From Candidatus Heimdallarchaeota archaeon (GTDB lineage Archaea > Asgardarchaeota > Heimdallarchaeia > Hodarchaeales > Hodarchaeaceae), in the NCBI GenBank assembly GCA_011364965.1, contig RDOB01000003.1, positions 496,939 to 560,938 of the forward strand: 64,000 nt of DNA, written 5' to 3'. This document shows, one piece after another, positions 27,507-37,875 of the stretch. How positions within the stretch are numbered: the first letter of the stretch is position 1; every line of letters begins with the position of its first letter. Both the position numbers and the translations under genes were made by a program. The notes below the pieces were generated by a model. It saw only the letters and a list, made by a program, of their open reading frames with translations. It did no database searches and was not told the origin of the DNA.

Positions 27507-30500
27507 TCAAGTGTCAACTGTTTTTCTATTCTTTTCGGCCTCAGCATAAAAGAATGGATCAGAAGCTGTGTGAGGATCAAGCGCTGACTTAATGCGGGAC
27601 AACCAAATGTGGTAATTCCCACATGCAGGACCGAACTTTTGATTTGCTTCTACACCAAATGCTGCAATGGGAACACCCAAAGCTTTATCAATTGTATCGG
27701 AAATTCCTCTTTCTACCAATTCACGTGTTGCTATTGATGATTCAGGATTTCCAGGATTATACAAAATGATTCCTTCAAGATAACCTAAATGACCGCTTTC
27801 AAATGTTCCCCCTGAGCCCAAATCACCTCCATCATCAAGAATTAACCCTTGTTTAATATAGGGCTGCTTAATTTTAGCTACATACTCTGCTTGAGCATGA
27901 GCTAGATCCCAAGTATCGAATGCACCAAGCATAGTTGCCATGCCCTGAGATGGACGAAACGCAGCTTGAGTATTGTTTGCATTGCGGAATAACAACCAGA
28001 AAAGTGTTGATTGCTTTTCACGTCTAAGTTTCTGCCAAAGCGGGAAATGTGGAATCCAATCCTGTAAGGGGCGAAATATGCGTAAGGGAAACAGTGGATC
28101 GGGAATAGGTTTGGTTAATAACCCCGTAAGTTTTAAAAACCATGGACGAAGAGGTAAGTTCATTGGAACGACAACTCCACCTGTTTCACGCCGAATTTGC
28201 TTTAACGCCTTCATTTTCCAGGCAAATTCCCCGTCTGAAGCCGAGAAAATGGCTGTACTGATAATATTGTTAGCAATTTTTTGGAAGATTCCACTCTCTA
28301 ATGCAGTTTTTAATTCCTCATTCGTATCTGTCAATCCTAAGGCAGTAAAAAACATCGCTGTACGGAATTCACCAAAATTGAGTTCCGCTTCACCCATTTT
28401 GTAACCAGCATCTTTTTCAGCTTCTCGTGATGGGAATGCAATTGCATTCATGGCGCAGCGTGGTGGTACTTTCTTTAAAACGTATTTAGGAGATTTTCCT
28501 TCTACCTCCCACTCTCGCGGGCCATCCCACTTATACAGCTTGATGGCACAGCGTGTAAACACACCTAATCCTCCTAATGTTCCCTGAAATCCACGAACAA
28601 TTCCACGCATTGATGGTCCAGGTCCATCAGCTGAAAACCAACCACATCCTGCTCCTGCACTCCCAAGGATGATAACTTCTCCCGTTGGCAAGACCCACTC
28701 CAATCCTAGCAGATTTCGACCAGAGAAACTTGTAGCTGCGCCTGAAACTCCGTAACCCCAAGAAGCTGCGTGTGATGCTAGTAAAGAATGATTTGCACCT
28801 GAGGAAACAATATGACACGTTAATCCGTCCTTTATAATATTTGTCTGCAAGTCAGTAGCTCGGACATATGGTTCTATGACTGCAATTTGGTTCTGGATAT
28901 CAATCTCGATAGTTTGATTCATACGTTTTAAATCGAGAATAATTACGTTTTCATTCGATGCAGCCGCGGCAGCGTGAAACCCAGTTGAGATTGGTTTTGC
29001 CATGAAGCGGCTGTTAGAGCAAAATTTCATGATTTCCTGAACTTCAGAAGTAGTTTTGGGCATAACCACAGCTGCTGGACGTGGAAGCCACAAGGATCCA
29101 TCCTTATTAATAGTTTCGGGATTCATATAGTAAGCATAAGTATCAAGAACGCAAGGAGCAGTAGATACCCATTTTTTTCCAACAATTTCCTCTAGTTCTG
29201 AAATATCTCTCTCTTTGTGTATAGATACGGGTGTTTTTCGCCTTTCTGGTATATTAAACCACTTTCCTCGCTGTAATACATTTTTTGGATCGAAAATGGC
29301 CTTGATGGTTTCAACTAGTCGTGTATTGCTGGGATTTTGGTCCCAGACTAATTCTGAAGCAGAACCATAAGGTCTACTAAAGAATGCGCCAGCTGCCATT
29401 AACTGCCTCGTAGCATTTTTTTCGAGTTTCTGCAGCTGCTTTACATGTTGGGAGGAGGTTGGATCATAAGGAATGAGTAATTCAATATGACATGCGTGGT
29501 TCTGAACCATTGGTTGAATATAAATGCCAATTTCTGAATTACTGATACCTAGCTCACTTGCTAGTTCCGCAAAGACTGTTAAAAACCCAGGTACACGATT
29601 TAGTGTCGATTGGAAGATAATAGACAGGCAACCACCACGCAAAGTGTCACGCCAATCCTTAACACCACAAGTTTGAGTAGCTTTTTCAAATAACTTTACT
29701 GCAGAGAGATCTCCAATGCAAGGTTCGAGCTGTAAGTTATTCGGATAAGCAATTTGTTCAATATCGTGTTTATGGTAAACTAGCCGTTCTTGAGGTAACC
29801 TCTCGAATCCAGCTATACTTTGAAGACATATAAACTCAGGTAGAGAACTCCTAAAGTCATTGAATTCTTGGATGCTCTCAGCTGACATTAAAAGTGAGGC
29901 AGCTGTACGATTCAGAATAAATGATTGCTCTCCGAGTAACCCTCGTTGCACAGCATAAACATAATCAAATAAATCTGTTAATTGTTCAGCTCCAACTAAA
30001 TAATGTTCCTGTATAGTGGGGAGGATCTCAGTTCGAAGTGTTATCCAGGTAACAATGCCAAAGGTACCTTGAGATCCCATTACTACACGATGAAAATCGG
30101 TTTGTGATGGACCTGACGGATATTTCTGAGCACCTCCAGAATGGCGTTGCTGTTCGATACTTCCAGGCCCTCCTGCAGCTCCTGTTCGAAATCGTTCCCC
30201 ACTACCAAAAAAGAACTCAGTACTCCCGACAGGATCCCCACTATCCCATTGTTTATTTGCCCAAGTGCTCGGTTCTCTGTCCATTACTGCAGCTAGTACG
30301 CTTTTTCCATCTCGAGGTGCTAGAGGCATAGGAATGGTCATTCCATGGGACAGCAGTGTATTCTTAAGTTGTTTATAGGTTACTCCAGGCTCCACACGAC
30401 AAACACGGTTACGGCGATCGATTAAATCTATCTTTTTCCAGTGAGACAAATCCACCTGAATATGGCGTTCTTGATTTATGATTCCTCCTTTGCGGTGTTT

Positions 30501-30722
30501 ACCTGTGGAGGATGTAACAGTCAAGTTAAGATCACGTTCGTTAGCAAAGTGGATAATATTACCTAGCTCATCAATATTCTCAGGTCGTACAATACAGATA
30601 GGAGAATAGCCCAGCTCTTGTAATCCGTACATGGTTGTACAGCATAAATCCTCTGGATTTGCGTTCAAGGTACCAGCAGGCATTATTTTTCTCAATTGTG
30701 TAATGAAATCAGATTGTTTCAT
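27507..30722 (-). CDS. Tandem (fused) FAD-binding oxidoreductase, VAO/PCMH-GlcD family
   Basis: Two FAD_binding_4 modules: VRPENIDE...VEPGVTY...GSQGTFGIVT...IFDPKNVL and VVMPKTTSEVQ...LDLKRMN...GGLGVFT...ALDP. Confidence 0.85.
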   Translation of the reverse strand: MKQSDFITQLRKIMPAGTLNANPEDLCCTTMYGLQELGYSPICIVRPENIDELGNIIHFANERDLNLTVTSSTGKHRKGGIINQERHIQVDLSHWKKIDLIDRRNRVCRVEPGVTYKQLKNTLLSHGMTIPMPLAPRDGKSVLAAVMDREPSTWANKQWDSGDPVGSTEFFFGSGERFRTGAAGGPGSIEQQRHSGGAQKYPSGPSQTDFHRVVMGSQGTFGIVTWITLRTEILPTIQEHYLVGAEQLTDLFDYVYAVQRGLLGEQSFILNRTAASLLMSAESIQEFNDFRSSLPEFICLQSIAGFERLPQERLVYHKHDIEQIAYPNNLQLEPCIGDLSAVKLFEKATQTCGVKDWRDTLRGGCLSIIFQSTLNRVPGFLTVFAELASELGISNSEIGIYIQPMVQNHACHIELLIPYDPTSSQHVKQLQKLEKNATRQLMAAGAFFSRPYGSASELVWDQNPSNTRLVETIKAIFDPKNVLQRGKWFNIPERRKTPVSIHKERDISELEEIVGKKWVSTAPCVLDTYAYYMNPETINKDGSLWLPRPAAVVMPKTTSEVQEIMKFCSNSRFMAKPISTGFHAAAAASNENVIILDLKRMNQTIEIDIQNQIAVIEPYVRATDLQTNIIKDGLTCHIVSSGANHSLLASHAASWGYGVSGAATSFSGRNLLGLEWVLPTGEVIILGSAGAGCGWFSADGPGPSMRGIVRGFQGTLGGLGVFTRCAIKLYKWDGPREWEVEGKSPKYVLKKVPPRCAMNAIAFPSREAEKDAGYKMGEAELNFGEFRTAMFFTALGLTDTNEELKTALESGIFQKIANNIISTAIFSASDGEFAWKMKALKQIRRETGGVVVPMNLPLRPWFLKLTGLLTKPIPDPLFPLRIFRPLQDWIPHFPLWQKLRREKQSTLFWLLFRNANNTQAAFRPSQGMATMLGAFDTWDLAHAQAEYVAKIKQPYIKQGLILDDGGDLGSGGTFESGHLGYLEGIILYNPGNPESSIATRELVERGISDTIDKALGVPIAAFGVEANQKFGPACGNYHIWLSRIKSALDPHTASDPFFYAEAEKNRKTVDT

Positions 30723-30726
30723 TGTA

Positions 30727-31971
30727 TTATTCCAGTCCTACGGCTTCATATACTAGATCTACTAGATCTACTACTGGTAGAGTTACTTCTTCCTGCCAGC
30801 GACTTAGGTTGTGTCTACAGTGCTGACAACAAGTAACTAACATTTCTGCATTCACATCACGAGCTTCATCGAGGCGATGGATGGCTGCCGATCGGGATAC
30901 ATTAGGGTGGGCATCTGGAACTCCCCCTCCTCCACCACAGCAGTATGAATGCTCTCGGATTCGGTACATCTCAACAAATTTTATTCCAGGAATCTTTCGT
31001 AAGACTTTCCTAGGTGCATCAAAAACACCATTCACCCCATAGTTTATTGATTTTGGCGGTTTAAAGTAACGCATTACTCCGTGAGTTTGGAGTTCTTCTC
31101 CATCCCATTTCTGAATTGGTTCACTTTGTCGTCCCAAATAACATGGATCATGATAAGTTATTTGTTGTTGGATGGGATAAGTTAATTGCAGCTTCCTTTT
31201 TTGGAGGAGTGTTAGGAGAAACTCGCTGACATGTAAAACCTTCGCTTTAATTAAAAAGCCGTAACGGGGATATTTGGAGCGAAACATGCCCAAATCTTCC
31301 CCGCACAAGGTGATTATGATCTCCACTGCAGTTTTATTAAGTTGATCGGTTACCTCTTGAGCTTGTTTGATAAATTCCTCTCTATGCCCTGTCCAATAGG
31401 CTTCAATCCCACTATCTGGTTCATTCCCCTCCAAAATACCGAAATCAACTTGAGAATGCTGAAGTAATAGAGCTAATTTTCGTGCGGAAGAAGCATGATG
31501 CAAATTATAGTTCGCATCGCTTCCCACATAGAGTAACACCTTGGATCTTTCTTTAGGGAGAATTTTAAGATTTAACCCCATCGCCCAATGAGAAATTGGG
31601 ATTTTTTCTGGTCTTTGTTCAAGATCTAGACCAGATTCAACTATATGTTCTTTTAGTGCCATGATGACTTCCTGTCGTTCAGCAGTCATTATAAATTTGC
31701 AAGAGACATCACATGCCCCACAGGTAGTACACGCGGAAAGGATTTGGGCTAGATCATTATCAACTTCGATCCGACCATCAAGTAATGCCAATGCCATGAC
31801 TTGGATCCCCCCTCCTGAATAAGCATGAAAATGATACTCATCAACTGGAGGACAAGCACTAATAAATTTTGTAGTTTTCTGAATAGTAGGCATAGGTACG
31901 AGTTTACATAAACTACAGCGCACACATTTTTTCATATCCTCTCGTAGGGTTTCCAATCGTTCCAAACTCAT
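30727..31971 (-). CDS. Fe-S oxidoreductase, GlcF/HdrD-like (2x[4Fe-4S] + CCG)
   Basis: CVRCSLC...CP, CTTCGACDVSC, YHDPCYLGR, YCCGGGGG, TCCQHC; the first CCG domain is degenerate. Confidence 0.9.
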   Translation of the reverse strand: MSLERLETLREDMKKCVRCSLCKLVPMPTIQKTTKFISACPPVDEYHFHAYSGGGIQVMALALLDGRIEVDNDLAQILSACTTCGACDVSCKFIMTAERQEVIMALKEHIVESGLDLEQRPEKIPISHWAMGLNLKILPKERSKVLLYVGSDANYNLHHASSARKLALLLQHSQVDFGILEGNEPDSGIEAYWTGHREEFIKQAQEVTDQLNKTAVEIIITLCGEDLGMFRSKYPRYGFLIKAKVLHVSEFLLTLLQKRKLQLTYPIQQQITYHDPCYLGRQSEPIQKWDGEELQTHGVMRYFKPPKSINYGVNGVFDAPRKVLRKIPGIKFVEMYRIREHSYCCGGGGGVPDAHPNVSRSAAIHRLDEARDVNAEMLVTCCQHCRHNLSRWQEEVTLPVVDLVDLVYEAVGLE

Positions 31972-31982
31972 ATTAGTTCCTC

Positions 31983-33062
31983 TTATAACGGTTTGAATAT
32001 AACAATTTCATGTAAAGTAGCTCCAGTTTCTTTTACGATTTTCCCAGCTCGAGTCACATCTAGCTCAAAATCAGATACAAGTCTGAAATATCCTGGTTGT
32101 ATTCTCATAAGATATTTTGCTAGTAAACGAAAAACTGGATTAAAATTAAGTAACATATCTTGAGCTTCTAGAATCTTTTTGACCTTGAGAACTACTTTCA
32201 TCGCATCAGCTGCATGGATAGTGATTTGTTCTGGAAACCGATGTTTTGCTTTTGTGTTGTAAGAAAACTCAGCTTGGAGAAAATCAAACTCCCCAGTACT
32301 GAGAATTACATCCTGTCCCTCAGCAAGCATCAGTACCTTAACTTGATGATTAGCTACCTTTTCATTACATTGAATAAAGGCATAGGAAACTGTAAAATTC
32401 TCGGAATATATTCGCCCCCACATCCAGTAATTAATAATGCTCTGAAAAGGAAAATTTAACCAGTTATGGTCATGGTAACCTATTCCTGTAACTTCAATTG
32501 TATTATTTCCCTCTGTAATCGTCCCTTCTACTTTTGCACGTGCAAAAGGAACAACCCAACCAAAATATCCCATATTTCCAAAATGACTAAGCCCCGAACC
32601 TGGTTTCCAGCCATTGACTTCAGCTTTATAAATGATATGACATGCAAGACCTTTCTCGTTAACATAGATTTCATAAACTGGTAATTCATTAGTTCCTTTT
32701 TCCACTCGGAGTTTATTCTTCCCTATCGTGACTTCAGGTTTATCCTGAGAAGCACTGAAATCCGATTTACTATAAGTTACGACTTTTTGAATTCGTTTTC
32801 CATCAGGTTTGATCAGAGTGATTTCAACACCGATTTTGCCTTGTAGCAGACCAGGATTGGGATATTTTGCATAGAAAAACACCACAAGAGTGTATCCGTT
32901 GTCTAGATGAGCATCAAAATACCACCATTCATACATACCCCTTTTATTCATATCTATATGCAAACTATCCTCTGATAACGGTAGAACTTTAATCCGTGTG
33001 TCATATTTTCCAGGGCCTGTCCAGCCTTCATTAACTTCAGTGTTTTTCGTCACTTTTAGCAC
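31983..33062 (-). CDS. CrtC/AttH-like lipocalin-fold protein (carotenoid 1,2-hydratase / tocopherol cyclase-like)
   Basis: YEWWYFDAHLDNG, GIGYHDHNW, WMWGR motifs. Confidence 0.78.
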   Translation of the reverse strand: MLKVTKNTEVNEGWTGPGKYDTRIKVLPLSEDSLHIDMNKRGMYEWWYFDAHLDNGYTLVVFFYAKYPNPGLLQGKIGVEITLIKPDGKRIQKVVTYSKSDFSASQDKPEVTIGKNKLRVEKGTNELPVYEIYVNEKGLACHIIYKAEVNGWKPGSGLSHFGNMGYFGWVVPFARAKVEGTITEGNNTIEVTGIGYHDHNWLNFPFQSIINYWMWGRIYSENFTVSYAFIQCNEKVANHQVKVLMLAEGQDVILSTGEFDFLQAEFSYNTKAKHRFPEQITIHAADAMKVVLKVKKILEAQDMLLNFNPVFRLLAKYLMRIQPGYFRLVSDFELDVTRAGKIVKETGATLHEIVIFKPL

Positions 33063-33521
33063 CTGAATTTCTTTTCAAAGTCTTAGAACGCGTGGAAAAT
33101 GATTCTTGATTTAATTCATTATATAGTTGTTGTGATTACATTCTAGCTTATATCTATAAAATACAATAATACTTTTCTAAGTCCCTTTTCAGGATTAATA
33201 CGTGATTTTCGGTTTCAATTATCTGCATTATTAGTGATTAACCGCACTATAAGGAGTAACATTTGAGTAGATAAGAAACGAGCACCAAAATCTGCATTAT
33301 GATGAAAATCTTCTCGTTGGTGGTTCAAATGATGAGTAATTCGTCAATATTCCTCGTAAATTCTCTTTAATAAAAAAGTTGAAACGGGAGGATTAGCTGG
33401 AAATGACTCATTTGTTGGGTGTTTTAACTCTCTTGGGAATTATAATTCTGAAATGCAAATCTTCAAGATTGATAGCTAATGATAATTTTATACCCAATAC
33501 TTTTATCTGTCGTGGATTGAA

Positions 33522-34685
33522 ATGCTTGAAGAGCTCTTAAAAAAACTTGACTTAAACTATACGTTGAAATTACTGAAAAATATAATCCAAATAAATTCTA
33601 CTGTCGGAAATGAGGGAGAATTGGTAGAATTTCTCAAAAATGAATTGGAATCCTTAGGTTTGAAATGCACACTCGACGAAGTAGAACCAAATAGGCCAAA
33701 TATTTATTCAAAGTTAATTGGTATAAATCCAGGAAAGAAAATTAACTATAACGGTCATACTGACACAATTCCTGTTGTTGATGGATGGGAAACAGATCCG
33801 TTTGAACCTATCATAAACAACGGAAAATTATATGGCTTAGGCGCTTGCGATATGAAAGCAGGTATTGCTTGTGCAATAAATATGTTACGAGCTTTCGTTG
33901 AATCAGATTATACATTCAATGGGGAACTTTCTTTTTCTGGAGTAATTGATGAAGAAGCTTTTGGAAAAGGAGCAAAAGCAATGCTTTCCCATTCTGAATT
34001 TAAAAATGTAGATGCAATAGTATTAGGTGAACCATATCCTGGGGATGAAATACAACCCATTCCTCTAGGCATTACTGGAAAAATATTGTATGATATCACA
34101 GTCAAAGGAAAAGCAGCACATGCATTTAGGCCATATTTAGGAATTAATGCAATTGAGGAGTTAGGAAAAATCATAACAAACCTTGATAAACTAAATTTCA
34201 AGAACCACCCCGATTTCGGTAAAGGGAATTACTCCACGTTGAAGATTGAGGGTGGATATGAAATTTATTCAGTTGTAGTACCTGCGTTTGCGCGTATGGA
34301 AGTAAATCGATTATTAGTCCCTGGCGAGACTGCTCAGTCTGCTATAGATGATATGAATAATTTAATAGAATCCATAAATCTTTCCTCTCAAGTAACAGTT
34401 GAAATTAAACCTCCTCTTTATCAAGCATATATTAGTGATAGAAATGATCTTATTTTCCGAGTGTTTGACAAGGTTTATCGTAGTGTTATGGGGAAAGCCC
34501 CATTCTATGAGTATACTTCTGGCATTACTGATGCTAATATCTTTGCTGGAGAAGGAAATATTCCATGTCTTCACTTAGGGCCGCACCAAGAGACAGCTCA
34601 CCAAAAAAACGAATATATTTCGTTAGATTGCTTGGAACCATTATCCAAAATGTATGCTTTAATTGCCATGAATTTTCTTGAATAA
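33522..34685 (+). CDS. M20 family metallopeptidase (ArgE/DapE-like)
   Basis: NGHTDTIP, LYGLGACDMKAG, DEEAFG, GEP, GKAAHA, GINAI, TDAN, AHQKNE. Confidence 0.93.
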   Translation: MLEELLKKLDLNYTLKLLKNIIQINSTVGNEGELVEFLKNELESLGLKCTLDEVEPNRPNIYSKLIGINPGKKINYNGHTDTIPVVDGWETDPFEPIINNGKLYGLGACDMKAGIACAINMLRAFVESDYTFNGELSFSGVIDEEAFGKGAKAMLSHSEFKNVDAIVLGEPYPGDEIQPIPLGITGKILYDITVKGKAAHAFRPYLGINAIEELGKIITNLDKLNFKNHPDFGKGNYSTLKIEGGYEIYSVVVPAFARMEVNRLLVPGETAQSAIDDMNNLIESINLSSQVTVEIKPPLYQAYISDRNDLIFRVFDKVYRSVMGKAPFYEYTSGITDANIFAGEGNIPCLHLGPHQETAHQKNEYISLDCLEPLSKMYALIAMNFLE

Positions 34686-34843
34686 TTCGCTTTTTCTCTT
34701 ATTAAATAAAATATGTATTCTGGTTAGTTAGAAGAAAACAAATCAAAATAATAAATAATCTATAGCGAGGGGAGATAACAAATCAACCTATATAGAGGAA
34801 GGTCAGGAAACATAAAAAGAGAAATCCTCATGATGGAAAAAAG

Positions 34844-35221
34844 GTGTTAAAAATGAACTATCTAGCTGGTTTAATGATATGTGAAATGGAATCAGAACAA
34901 AAAGCTCAAAAAAATGCAGAAAAAATGAAAAATTGTCCAAAATTACTAAGTTGTGGGATAACTGATACCACATATTATGGGTTTTATATTAGTCAAGCTG
35001 GAACAGAATGGTGGTTTGAAATCCCGGTAGAAAAACCAGATTTATTGGGAGCGAAAAAAATCCGCATCGAAATGATTCAAAAGCTCATAATACCAGATGA
35101 TTTTAGTTTCAAAAACAAAAATGAACTTATAGATAATGAAACTACTCCTTGTGGATCAAACTGCTCAAAATGCCAAGCTAAAGATCAGTACTATTGTACG
35201 GGGTGTCCTGCATTATATTAA
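34844..35221 (+). CDS. Small protein resembling an Lrp/AsnC effector domain with a C-terminal Cys cluster and no HTH
   Basis: KNCPKLL...; PCGSNCSKC...YCTGCPALY. Confidence 0.5.
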   Translation: MLKMNYLAGLMICEMESEQKAQKNAEKMKNCPKLLSCGITDTTYYGFYISQAGTEWWFEIPVEKPDLLGAKKIRIEMIQKLIIPDDFSFKNKNELIDNETTPCGSNCSKCQAKDQYYCTGCPALY

Positions 35222-35476
35222 GTGATTTACTTGTTTATTATCATTAAATGATGATTATTACACATTCGTTATACAATTCAAATGACTAAAGCCTTACTTG
35301 ATCCTCATTTCACATACAAAACTCTAATCATTAGTGAGACCTATTATATCATCCCATTAATTTCAAAAAGTCTCGTACTATTATTTGGAACGAATTTTTC
35401 AGTAAATTCCTCCTCTTGATCCATCTATAAGGATATCCAATTTTAAAAGGGTGATTTCCATAGGAAACATAGAAAG

Positions 35477-36229
35477 ATGAATATAGAAGAAAGAAAAAAT
35501 CAAGGTGCTGATATAGAATCATTTGATAATGTGACACTTACTAATAAAACTATAACACAAATATGTAAAGATGATCTCACGAATGAACCATTAAGAAAGT
35601 ACTATCGGTTTAGATATTCAAAGCAGTTTTATGGGGGAATAGTAACAGGAGATATCGTTGGATGTAATTTACGCTGCGCGTATTGTTGGTCCCAAAAAAC
35701 AGCATGGTATCCACAAAAAGGATCATGGCAGAGCGTAGATCAAGTAGTAAAAATATTATTAAATCTCGCTAACAACAATCATTGCGAAAAGATTAGACTA
35801 AGCGGAGGGGAACCCACTCTTTGTCGAAAACATTTGATAACCATCATTCAACAACTACCTGATCACTTTTCTTTCATTTTAGAAACAAATGGAATTCTGT
35901 TAACAAACAAAGAGTACATTCAGGAATTGGAAACTTTAACTAATCCCCCTTATGTGAGAATTAGCTTAAAAGCAGGACAAACACTTTATTCCAGAATCAC
36001 AGGGGCTTCACTTGAAGCATATAGAGCACAACTTCAAACAATTAAAATTCTAAAACACTCATCTTTACAGTTTAATGTGGCCATTATAGCTGAATTTTTC
36101 ACTTCTGAAGAAATACGGAAAATTGAACGATTGATAGCACCTAAAAGACTAGAAAGAGAGCAATTGATTGTCTATCCTTTTGTTAGAGAAACTCTGAGAA
36201 AGAGGGGATTAGAATCTTTAGGAATTTGA
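35477..36229 (+). CDS. Radical SAM protein (archaeal, activase-like)
   Basis: GCNLRCAYCW (CxxxCxxC), RLSGGEP, LETNG, VRISLK. Confidence 0.9.
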   Translation: MNIEERKNQGADIESFDNVTLTNKTITQICKDDLTNEPLRKYYRFRYSKQFYGGIVTGDIVGCNLRCAYCWSQKTAWYPQKGSWQSVDQVVKILLNLANNNHCEKIRLSGGEPTLCRKHLITIIQQLPDHFSFILETNGILLTNKEYIQELETLTNPPYVRISLKAGQTLYSRITGASLEAYRAQLQTIKILKHSSLQFNVAIIAEFFTSEEIRKIERLIAPKRLEREQLIVYPFVRETLRKRGLESLGI

Positions 36230-36386
36230 AGAGCTGAAGCTAAGCTGTATGGTAATCATTATCCAAGATGTTCAATACGAAGGATTACACTGGAGATTTA
36301 ATTGATTCATGGAATATAACCAAAGTATATCCGACTCCATTTGGGAAGAAAGTTGTGAATAACTTCATCTCTTTGGAATTTAAAAA

Positions 36387-37285
36387 TCAGACTCTCTTCT
36401 TGCGTTTGGTTTGAATTTTATCCCATACAAAACCCAATGCAATGTTTAGATTTCGAAGTACATGAATCATTAATGATATCTTCAAATAAATGATTCTAAG
36501 CCTTCGTATAATCCATGATTGGTTTTTTATAATAGCTATCTCATAAATTAAGTAAGTATCAGAGTTTTCGCTTCTCGCACAGATTCTTCCCAATGGATTA
36601 GAAATAGTAATGTGACCATTCCAAAATTGTTTTCCCTCTACTCCATAACGATTAGCACTGACAATCCAAGCGTTATAATTTTTAGCATTATAACCGACAC
36701 CGAAAGCCTTGGGATCTTTTTCGTCAGCAAGGCTGTGAAGTATTAAATCAAGTTGTTTTCTCTTTAGCTCCTTTGAAACACGATGATTTTGGATATCATA
36801 GCAGATTATAATGCCAGTTTTAATGCTTTTGATGTTAAGTATCGTGACAAGGGTAGATCCAGGAACAAAGGTTGATGACTTCAAATAATTTTTACGATGA
36901 ACGGCAAGAATGTCCCCAGTTCTATCAATAAACACCTGAGAATTATAGATTCTCCCATTCTCAGATTCGGTCATACCACACAAATCATTACCCCATATTT
37001 TCTGGCTAACTCTGCTACAAAATTCGTCTCCTTTCCTGGGATGGATTTGGAAATTCTTTGATGGTACCCCTTGTTATCTTCAGGATAATTATACCAACCC
37101 AAGATTGCCTCACCAAATAAAATTAATTCAACATCGGGTTCAACTGTTAGAATTTGTTTAATGTAATGTTTAATTGTTTGAAGATTTTTTTCTGGAGAAG
37201 GATCACATTTCATAGCAACAGTAGCAACTTTTAATGAAACATCAGCATTCTTTAAATTGTACAGAAAACGATCTAAAATAGACAT
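36387..37285 (-). pseudogene. Carbon-nitrogen hydrolase (nitrilase superfamily), split by a frameshift near 36980
   Basis: 5' ORF has LILFGE (catalytic Glu); 3' ORF has HRKNYL (Lys), IICYD (Cys) and SANRYG. Junction ATT TGT GT GGT ATG is one base short. Confidence 0.82.
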
Positions 37286-37875
37286 CTTGTTAGCAGCCAG
37301 AAAAAAGAGGTTTTATAATCACTAATTTCTATAGAGGTTTATGGAATCATCCCACTTAGTATATGATATAAAAATTTATTTCGATGCAAACGAAAAAAAT
37401 TGAAAATGGCTGATGGCGTTGGCTAGGTTAAGGTAAGTACAAACTAGGGTAAATATTGTCTTCTTAAACCGATGATCTCTTTACATTTACAATTGTTATA
37501 AATAAACTTGGATATCCTGCTATAAAATTCAATCGACTAGAGATACAATTTCCATTTAATCTGATCCTAATGAATAAATATCTCCTGAAATGAGAAGATT
37601 GCATAAAATCCAGATATTATTTGTGGGAACACTAGAGAAGAGACTAAGAATAGCTTTTTCTAGAAGGCACGGATGTGTATGATTGAGTTTATTACTTACG
37701 TCTGGTTATACGACGCTTAATTAAAGGAAAATACAACATTCATATCCTAAAAACTGCTAAGCATGGCGTATTCTTTTCAAACATAAAAAAATTCCATTTA
37801 GGATGTAAAATTTGCTCATAGAGTTGAAATGCTTAATTACCACAATGAAATCGTTTATAATGATAGGGAGAAAAT

